Part shown: one piece after another, positions 1 to 4,366 of the stretch
How the letters are laid out: the number at the start of each line of letters is the position of its first letter
How positions within the stretch are numbered: position 1 is the first letter of the stretch
IMG/VR virus record: IMGVR_UViG_3300029253_000163
Length of the DNA: 4,366 nt
From: a virus
Lineage: Duplodnaviria; Heunggongvirae; Uroviricota; Caudoviricetes
Direction: 5' to 3' (one strand)
Translations under genes and position numbers: made by a program
Notes under the pieces: generated by a model
What the model saw: the letters and a program-made list of their open reading frames with translations, nothing else
Databases searched by the model: none
Told to the model about the DNA's origin: nothing

Positions 1-135
1 ACAGTTACCGGGAATTTTCTGTTCGGTTGCTGCAGTCACACACTCCTGCATTGTCCTGTGAACACTGACTGCAATATCAACTGGCTCTCCGGAAACAAGA
101 AAAACTGTCAGAACAAGTGCAAATGCTGTATTCAT
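1..135 (-). CDS. ydfD: YdfD-like small membrane (lysis) protein; first 45 codons only, gene continues past the window start
   Basis: Minus-strand ATG at 135..133 overlaps the dicB stop (ATGA). Translation MNTAFALVLTVFLVSGEPVDIAVSVHRTMQECVTAATEQKIPGNC... has a hydrophobic N-terminal segment and matches my recollection of E. coli Qin-prophage YdfD. Frame is open to the window edge. Confidence 0.7.
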   Translation of the reverse strand, partial: MNTAFALVLTVFLVSGEPVDIAVSVHRTMQECVTAATEQKIPGNC

Positions 136-320
136 TGCCAGCATCCTTTTTGTATCGGACGTAAACGGGCCAGCATTGAAAGAATGCATATTTTATTTAA
201 TAGCTCCCGTTCGTGTTTTCTCTTGTTAATGGCATCTTCAGTAAATACAGGGTTACTGATAGTGACACCAATTTCAAAACAACCTTCAGANNNNNNNNNN
301 NNNNNNNNNNNNNNNNNNNN
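132..320 (-). CDS. dicB: DicB cell-division inhibitor; start codon and first ~10 codons lie inside the masked N run, so 320 is inferred
   Basis: Minus-strand translation of 290..135 gives SEGCFEIGVTISNPVFTEDAINKRKHERELLNKICILSMLARLRPIQKGCWQ, then TGA at 134..132. I recognise this as the C-terminal 52 aa of the 62-aa DicB. Ten missing N-terminal codons place the ATG near 320. The ORF track's plus-strand ORF 58..372 is its antisense shadow. Confidence 0.85.
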   Translation of the reverse strand, partial: XXXXXXXXXXSEGCFEIGVTISNPVFTEDAINKRKHERELLNKICILSMLARLRPIQKGCWQ

Positions 321-351
321 NNNNNNNNNNNNNNNNNNNNNNNNNNNNNNN
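291..351. other. Masked or unknown bases (61 N); hides the dicB start codon and RBS
   Basis: Run of n in the sequence. Confidence 0.95.
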
Positions 352-487
352 GTGCCTGGTGCCTCCAGGTGACGTTAACCAGTTAACAATTAACGCCGGA
401 TACAGAGAATCCACCCATAACACTGTTTTTGGTTTTAACTGTTCCGCGTGCGCTCAGCCGCATTCACCACATCACAAAATTCACTTT

Positions 488-530
488 AAAAAGGGCGGCA
501 GAGCAGTCACGGAGTAAAACTGATACCGCC
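488..530 (-). terminator. Intrinsic terminator forming the DicF 3' end (GC stem plus U5)
   Basis: On the minus-strand RNA, GGCGG (530..526) and CCGCC (498..494) can pair, followed by UUUUU (492..488). Read-through would be needed for dicB expression. Confidence 0.55.
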
Positions 531-545
531 AAACGTCACCAGAAA
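488..545 (-). ncRNA. dicF: DicF small regulatory RNA (Hfq-dependent antisense sRNA targeting ftsZ and other mRNAs)
   Basis: Minus-strand sequence UUUCUGGUGACGUUUGGCGGUAUCAGUUUUACUCCGUGACUGCUCUGCCGCCCUUUUU matches the DicF sequence as I recall it. It lies between the upstream ORFs and dicB, as in the K-12 dicB operon. Exact 5' end is set by processing and is approximate here. Confidence 0.85.
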
Positions 546-676
546 ATTGATAACAGAGGGCGTTGCAGCGGGGTTGTCACTTAAGCGTATGGTCAACCTG
601 ACAACTCGGTGTCCTCAACGGGGAAGGAATAACCCCGCCATACTTACCGCCGCGCCATTTCGCGGGTTGCCACAAC

Positions 677-744
677 CGGAAGCGCACGGTCGAATTAAAT
701 TTAACGACACCGTACAGTGAGACGAACTTCGCCGTGCGCTTTCG
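677..744. repeat. Long imperfect inverted repeat (about 14-bp arms, 40-nt spacer) in the untranslated leader upstream of dicF
   Basis: Positions 677-690 (ccggaagcgcacggt) pair with 731-744 (gccgtgcgctttcg): 12 Watson-Crick plus 2 G-T/U pairs. Shorter GC hairpins lie nearby at 650-665 (CCGCG/CGCGG) and 621-637 (GGGG/CCCC). Confidence 0.6.
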
Positions 745-820
745 TGTTGTGTGCCTGCTTTTAACCACGTCAGGCGAGGTGGTATCCTTCTTATCCCGAA
801 TAACCAAGAAGGAAATCTAT

Positions 821-1021
821 ATGACTAAAGAAGAATTTGTCTCTTATATTTTTGATAAAACGGTTGAAATGTATGCCGCTACTTACGGGTCCTGTAATCC
901 TCTGAATAAACCAGAGGGGAAAGATGATTTCGACAAAATTTACCGCTTCTTGGAGGACCGCTATATCAAAAGGTTAGAGGACGCAGGGATCAAATCCCCA
1001 GTGAAGTCACCATTGTCCTGA
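821..1021 (+). CDS. Hypothetical 66-aa hydrophilic protein encoded antisense to the dicB operon
   Basis: ATG at 821 preceded by AAGGA (7-nt spacing); the ORF track's 734 start is an upstream alternative-start extension. Translation MTKEEFVSYIFDKTVEMYAATYGSCNPLNKPEGKDDFDKIYRFLEDRYIKRLEDAGIKSPVKSPLS. Overlaps the 3' end of the convergent 121-aa ORF by 32 nt. No homolog recognised and no clear promoter found. Confidence 0.4.
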   Translation: MTKEEFVSYIFDKTVEMYAATYGSCNPLNKPEGKDDFDKIYRFLEDRYIKRLEDAGIKSPVKSPLS

Positions 1022-1355
1022 GAACTTGCAGGACGTCATGATCGTAACTTCCATCCAAACCGCGACGGCAAATTGCTTCTCGTATTACCGGAAGCAGTTC
1101 GCTGGAAATCTCGGTGCATATTTCACCTGATAATACGCCTGGCTCAAGTGAGAATATTGGTGAACTTACGGTCTTGGTCTCGACAGTTTCAGAGTCAGTG
1201 CCAACATTATAAAGCTCAACGAAAGCGGTCTTGATTTTCCGGGCCAGATCTTTTGCTGGCTCGCTTGCAATATCTTTCCCGATTTCTCGCAGCACAGAAT
1301 GCAATGTATGAGCTGCTGTTTTCTGTACATCAGACGGTAAATCTTTAAATTCCAT
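990..1355 (-). CDS. Hypothetical 121-aa protein in the K-12 ydfB/ydfC position
   Basis: ATG at 1355 with GAGG 6 nt upstream; the track's 1367 start lacks an SD. Translation MEFKDLPSDVQKTAAHTLHSVLREIGKDIASEPAKDLARKIKTAFVELYNV... The N-terminal half looks like a helical soluble protein. Same strand as dicA and dicB, so presumably part of the leftward early operon. Confidence 0.55.
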   Translation of the reverse strand: MEFKDLPSDVQKTAAHTLHSVLREIGKDIASEPAKDLARKIKTAFVELYNVGTDSETVETKTVSSPIFSLEPGVLSGEICTEISSELLPVIREAICRRGLDGSYDHDVLQVLRTMVTSLGI

Positions 1356-1383
1356 CGTCAGCCTCATCAGTCAGTGTTTCTGG

Positions 1384-1521
1384 CTAACCAGCAACGCGCG
1401 CCAGATTCGGTTTNNNNNNNNNNNNNNNNNNGGTATATGTCATCGCGGTGAACGTACCGTCCTGGTTGGGGAACACGCCACATACCAGAGATTCGCTGTT
1501 GCCAAGATCGATAGTATCCAT
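1384..1521 (-). CDS. Hypothetical small protein (about 45 aa) in the ydfA position; 6 codons masked by N
   Basis: ATG at 1521 with GAGG 6 nt upstream. Translation MDTIDLGNSESLVCGVFPNQDGTFTAMTYT-(6 masked)-KPNLARVAG, stop TAG at 1386..1384. The track's 1575 start is a GTG extension without an SD. First ORF downstream of the OL-like operators. Confidence 0.5.
   Translation of the reverse strand: MDTIDLGNSESLVCGVFPNQDGTFTAMTYTXXXXXXKPNLARVAG
1414..1431. other. Masked or unknown bases (18 N) inside the ydfA-position ORF
   Basis: Run of n in the sequence. Confidence 0.95.
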
Positions 1522-1599
1522 GCTGACCTCATTTCCCCTTAACGCCGGGGTAGCGGAACTGTTTGCTGAGAACACCGTGCGGTGTCTTGATGGAAAGTA

Positions 1600-1653
1600 A
1601 TTTAGAATAACCTAACATGAGAGGCAAGTGTTTTTTGTTAGATTGATCTAACA
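1600..1653. promoter_or_regulatory. OL-like region: perfect operator TGTTAGA-N4-TCTAACA (1636-1653), a degenerate copy (1600-1617) and a candidate leftward promoter for the ydfA-dicF-dicB operon
   Basis: 1636-1653 is TGTTAGAttgaTCTAACA, extendable to a 26-bp palindrome (1632-1657). 1600-1617 is aTTTAGAataacCTAACA (5/7 and 6/7 half-site matches). On the minus strand TTGCCT-17-TAAATT (about 1624..1596) overlaps the degenerate operator. Same half-sites as the OR operators. Confidence 0.55.
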
Positions 1654-1689
1654 AAAAGGGTGGGCGCAACTAATCACTTGAAAAGAATG

Positions 1690-2097
1690 TTATTTTATTG
1701 ATTTATTTTTACGCGCTTTAAGCATTTCTTCGAAGAGTTTGTTGAAGTTTTCTACTCTTGCGCGCATTTCAGACAGCAAGGCTTCCTGCTCGGAAGATGG
1801 AAGAGCATCGAATAATTCGATCAATTCTTTGTGGTTGGGAGTTAGCTCTGTTTCCACATGAAGTTCTTGTGCAGGCACTGGTGCCTTGTCTTCGTCACCA
1901 AACATTAGCCATGTAGGTGAGCACTTCAGAGCATCCGCTAAAGCAAACAATCGTTTTCCGACTGGCTGGGTTTCGTCTCTTTCCCATTGTGAAATTGTGA
2001 CGTGAGCAACTCCAGCGAGGCGCGCAGCTTCTCGTTGTGTTAAGCGTAATTCTTTTCGTCGCGCCAGAACTCGCTGGCCTAGGGTTCTTGTATCCAT
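1690..2097 (-). CDS. dicA: DicA-type immunity repressor: N-terminal XRE/Cro-C1 HTH, short C-terminal domain, no LexA-like peptidase domain
   Basis: 135-aa ORF with HTH segment LRLTQREAARLAGVAHVTISQWERDE. The C-terminal part (LFALADALKCSPTWLMFGDEDK...NFNKLFEEMLKARKNK) matches recalled E. coli DicA. Divergent from a cro-like gene with palindromic operators on both sides. Confidence 0.9.
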   Translation of the reverse strand: MDTRTLGQRVLARRKELRLTQREAARLAGVAHVTISQWERDETQPVGKRLFALADALKCSPTWLMFGDEDKAPVPAQELHVETELTPNHKELIELFDALPSSEQEALLSEMRARVENFNKLFEEMLKARKNKSIK

Positions 2098-2164
2098 AGT
2101 TAGGTAATTCTAATTTTTCTTGACTTAGGTATCCCGCGCACAATAATGTTAGAAAAGTCTAACA
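2098..2164. promoter_or_regulatory. OR-like divergent control region: perfect operator TGTTAGA-aaag-TCTAACA (2147-2164) and a degenerate operator (2098-2115)
   Basis: 2147-2164 is a perfect inverted repeat over the dicC -10 and start site. 2098-2115 is aGTTAGGtaatTCTAAtt, directly upstream of the dicA ATG and overlapping a minus-strand TAGAAT -10-like hexamer (2112..2107), which would make the dicA transcript nearly leaderless. Confidence 0.6.
2120..2147 (+). promoter_or_regulatory. Candidate sigma70 promoter for dicC (TTGACT -16- AATAAT)
   Basis: -35 TTGACT at 2120-2125, -10 AATAAT at 2142-2147. The start site would fall inside the perfect operator. SD AGAGGGGG at 2165-2172 precedes the ATG at 2178. 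Confidence 0.5.
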
Positions 2165-2177
2165 AGAGGGGGCTTTG

Positions 2178-2405
2178 ATGCTTAAAGTTGACGCAATTAC
2201 TTTTTTTGGCAGCAAAACAAAGCTTGCCAATGCCGCAGGAGTGAGACTGGCAAGTGTTGCTGCTTGGGGGATACTGGTTCCTGAAGGTCGCGCGATGCGT
2301 CTACAGGAGGCATCTGGCGGGGAGCTTCAGTATGATCCCAAAGTTTATGACGAATATCGTAAGACGAAGCGGGCGGGGCGGTTGAACAATGAAAATCACT
2401 CCTGA
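2178..2405 (+). CDS. dicC: DicC, Cro-like regulator
   Basis: ATG at 2178 (the track's 2175 start is TTG) with SD AGAGGGGG. The 75-aa product MLKVDAITFFGSKTKLANAAGVRLASVAAWGILVPEGRAMRLQEASGGELQYDPKVYDEYRKTKRAGRLNNENHS matches recalled DicC. Divergent from the repressor. Confidence 0.85.
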   Translation: MLKVDAITFFGSKTKLANAAGVRLASVAAWGILVPEGRAMRLQEASGGELQYDPKVYDEYRKTKRAGRLNNENHS

Positions 2406-2910
2406 ACAGGCTCGTGAGGCTCTGGATGCCTGGATATGTCGACCAGGAATGACACAGGAGCAGGCGACGATATTAATCACTGAAGCATTCTGGGCTTTGA
2501 AAGAGCGCCCGAACATCGATGTTCAGCGTGTCACATATGAAGGTGGCGCGGTTGATCAGCGAGCGCTTAGCGTTAATCGAGTGAAGATATTCGAACGCTG
2601 GAAGGCTATCGACACCAGGGATAAGCGTGAAAAGTTCACAGCGCTAGTGCCTGCAATTATGGAGGCTATCCGGATTAGTGATTTCAGGTTGTATCGTGAG
2701 ATCAGTGATGGAAAAAGTATTACGTACATGATCGCCGGGTTAAATAAAGAATATGGCGATGTGGTGGAATCCGGACTGCTTTTTGCAGATCCTGCCGTTG
2801 TAGATCGTGAAACTGACGAACTTATAGAAAAAGCAATTGCTTTCAAGCTTGCGTATCGACAGCAATACCAACAAAAAGCTGGATGGAATTATGAGTCTTC
2901 TTTTTGCTGA
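2389..2910 (+). CDS. YdaT-family (CII-like) early regulatory protein
   Basis: 173-aa ORF whose start overlaps the dicC stop by 17 nt. N-terminus MKITPEQAREALDAW... and the internal LVPAIMEAI motif resemble Rac-prophage YdaT as I recall it. It sits in the cII position between cro and the replication gene. Confidence 0.7.
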   Translation: MKITPEQAREALDAWICRPGMTQEQATILITEAFWALKERPNIDVQRVTYEGGAVDQRALSVNRVKIFERWKAIDTRDKREKFTALVPAIMEAIRISDFRLYREISDGKSITYMIAGLNKEYGDVVESGLLFADPAVVDRETDELIEKAIAFKLAYRQQYQQKAGWNYESSFC

Positions 2911-3856
2911 ACGCCCACTGGTTATAAACACGCAGCTGGCAATGAAAATCGGCTTAAACGAAGCCATTGTTTTGCAACAACTGCACTACTGGTTGAGAGA
3001 TACCAACTCCGGTATGGAATGTGATGGTGTTCGCTGGATTTATAACACAACGGAACAATGGCTGGAACAGTTCCCATTCTGGTCAGAGTCAACGTTAAAG
3101 CGCGCGTTTGCAAGTCTGAAAACGCTGGGGCTTTTGCGTTGTGAAAAGCTCAATAAATCAAAGCGCGATATGACCAATTTCTACACGATCAACTATGGGA
3201 GCGAGCTTTTAGATGGTGGCAAATTGAACGAATCCATCGGTTCAAAATGCGCCGCTCCATCAGGTCAAAATGACACGATGGAAGAGGTCAAAATGAAACG
3301 CTCCATTGGTTCAAAACGATCCAATGTCATCGGGTCAAAATGGCCTGATGATCTTACAGAGAATACAACAGAGATTACTACAGAGAATAAAAACACTTTT
3401 CGTCCGGAAGCTTCGCAACCGGACCCGCAGACGACTGAACAGGATTTTTTAACCCGGAACTCCGACGCGGTTGTGTTTAGTGCGAAAAAACGCCAGTGGG
3501 GTAGCAGGGAGGATTTGGCGTGTGCGCAGTGGATCTGGGGGCGGATCGTGGGTCTCTACGAACAGGCAGCCAGTGATGATGGCGAGATCATGCGACCAAA
3601 AGAGCCTAACTGGACTGCCTGGGCCAATGACGTGCGCACAATGCGGATGCTGGATGGCAGAAGCCACAGACAAATTTGCGAAATGTTTGGTCGGGTTCAG
3701 CGAGATCCATTCTGGGTAAAAAACATCATGAGCCCGTCAAAGCTCCGCGAAAAATGGGACGAACTGGTCATCCGCCTGGGACGTTCACCTGTACAGCGTT
3801 GTGTTAATCATATTTCTGAACCGGATACAGAAATTCCGCCTGGTTTCAGAGGATAA
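2891..3856 (+). CDS. Phage replication initiator (O-like): N-terminal winged-HTH domain, iteron-encoded linker, C-terminal domain
   Basis: ATG at 2891 (the track's 2837 start is TTG), overlapping the upstream gene by 20 nt. The N-terminal segment LVINTQLAMKIGLNEAIVLQQLHYWL...FPFWSESTLKRAFASLKTLGLL has the pattern of phage replication-initiator HTH domains. Five iterons sit inside the gene, as in lambda O. Family assignment is by recall. Confidence 0.8.
   Translation: MSLLFAERPLVINTQLAMKIGLNEAIVLQQLHYWLRDTNSGMECDGVRWIYNTTEQWLEQFPFWSESTLKRAFASLKTLGLLRCEKLNKSKRDMTNFYTINYGSELLDGGKLNESIGSKCAAPSGQNDTMEEVKMKRSIGSKRSNVIGSKWPDDLTENTTEITTENKNTFRPEASQPDPQTTEQDFLTRNSDAVVFSAKKRQWGSREDLACAQWIWGRIVGLYEQAASDDGEIMRPKEPNWTAWANDVRTMRMLDGRSHRQICEMFGRVQRDPFWVKNIMSPSKLREKWDELVIRLGRSPVQRCVNHISEPDTEIPPGFRG
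3233..3342 (+). repeat. Origin-like iteron array: five direct repeats (core GGT(T)CAAAAYG) at about 23-bp spacing inside the replication gene
   Basis: tccatcggttcaaaatg (3233-3249), tccatcaggtcaaaatg (3256-3272), gaagaggtcaaaatg (3281-3295), tccattggttcaaaacg (3302-3318), gtcatcgggtcaaaatg (3326-3342). They are followed by an A-rich stretch with three ACAGAGA(A/T)T copies (3355-3388). Confidence 0.7.
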
Positions 3857-3896
3857 GTGTTGATTTCAGGTCATGAGGTAATTTTAAGGGGGAGTT

Positions 3897-4366
3897 GTGG
3901 CAAAAGTTTTTACACAAGAAGAGCGGGAAAAAATTAAAGGGCAGGTGGTGGAACTCGTGCGCCAGAGCGGTCGTGAGACGTTACGGCAACTGGAAGCTAA
4001 AACAGGTGCGACTAGATATCTGATGAGCGTTCTTGCCAGAGAGCTGGTAGCCAGTGGCGATGTATACAACTCCGGCTACGGGTTATTCCCGTCTGAACAG
4101 GCGCGTAAGGACTGGCAAAACGCCCGCAAAAAACTCTCGAGGGCAAAGGTGAAGAAACCTGCTGTGGTTGATCCGGACCTTATCTGGTCATTACCTGATG
4201 GAGAAATACGCCGCTACGACAGTCGTCTAAACATAATCTGTCGCGAGTGCCGGAAGAGCGAAGTTATGCAGCGTGTTCTGACGTTTTATCGTAAGCGTAC
4301 AGCGAGGGCCGTATTGACGGGGATGTGTTATTCAGCTGGCAGTGCTATGCGCCACGGAAGCAGTTC
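3897..4366 (+). CDS. Hypothetical protein with GTG start, 3' end beyond the window; occupies the slot after the replication initiator
   Basis: SD AAGGGGGAG (3886-3894) then GTG at 3897. The frame is closed by in-frame stops at 3861, 3879 and 3885 and open for 156 codons to the window end. Translation VAKVFTQEEREKIKGQVVELVRQSGRETLRQLEAKTGATRYLMSVLARELVASGDVY... No Walker A motif in the visible part. Absent from the ORF track because no stop occurs within the window. Confidence 0.55.
   Translation, partial: MAKVFTQEEREKIKGQVVELVRQSGRETLRQLEAKTGATRYLMSVLARELVASGDVYNSGYGLFPSEQARKDWQNARKKLSRAKVKKPAVVDPDLIWSLPDGEIRRYDSRLNIICRECRKSEVMQRVLTFYRKRTARAVLTGMCYSAGSAMRHGSS

Noticed and set aside
58-372. 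Plus-strand 104-aa ORF spanning the N run
   Set aside because: It is the antisense shadow of dicB and ydfD, runs through masked bases, and has no RBS. The opposite strand carries the recognised DicB and YdfD sequences.
577-807. Minus-strand 76-aa Arg/Lys-rich ORF
   Set aside because: Only a TTG start with no SD and no internal Met. It lies over GC-rich hairpins in the dicF precursor leader, and the composition looks like translated structured RNA. A ydfC-like gene cannot be fully excluded without a search.
1576-1689. Intrinsic terminator directly after dicA (GCGCCCACCC followed by TTTTTG on the minus strand)
   Set aside because: There is a T run but I could not find a convincing complementary stem. 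The region is better explained as the OL operators and leftward promoter.
1895-2143. Minus-strand 82-aa ORF overlapping dicA in another frame
   Set aside because: Fully embedded in the dicA repressor gene and the OR region. The Cys/Arg-rich product is typical of an out-of-frame artefact.
2837-2890. TTG-extended start of the initiator (track start 2837) and TTG start of dicC (2175)
   Set aside because: Downstream ATGs at 2891 and 2178 have better RBS context, and the extensions add no recognisable sequence.
2301-3113. Minus-strand ORFs 2301-2516, 2556-2846, 2740-2967 and 2922-3113
   Set aside because: All are antisense to the dicC, YdaT-family and initiator genes, have no RBS, and give low-complexity or hydrophobic-junk translations.
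3233-3342. Possible CRISPR array
   Set aside because: The repeats are about 17 bp at 23-bp period, imperfect, lie inside a protein-coding frame, and have no unique spacers of CRISPR size. They are iterons.
3449-3719. ORFs 3471-3719 (+) and 3449-3673 (-) inside the initiator gene
   Set aside because: Alternative-frame and antisense ORFs within a gene whose main frame has clear domain features. The Gly/Arg-rich products are frame artefacts.
3884-4069. Minus-strand 61-aa ORF
   Set aside because: Antisense to the GTG-start gene, which has a strong SD and a long open frame.

Overview
This 4.4-kb window reads as the immunity/early region of a lambdoid (Qin/Rac-like) enterobacterial prophage, and most of it is a known system rather than a new one. 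Gene identities are from recalled E. coli K-12 sequences and motif reading, not from any search. Minus strand, right to left: DicA-type repressor (1690-2097), an OL-like operator pair, a small ORF in the ydfA position (1384-1521), a 121-aa ORF (990-1355), a structured untranslated leader, the DicF sRNA (488-545), dicB (132-~320) and the start of ydfD (1-135). Plus strand: OR operators and a dicC promoter, dicC (cro-like, 2178-2405), a YdaT-family (CII-like) gene (2389-2910), a replication initiator (2891-3856) with five embedded iterons (3233-3342), and a GTG-start gene of unknown function running off the right edge (3897->4366). Two N runs (291-351, 1414-1431) are masked; the first hides the dicB start. 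The least explained parts are the cargo between dicA and dicF, a small ORF with a strong RBS encoded antisense to the dicB operon (821-1021), and the unknown gene after the replication initiator.
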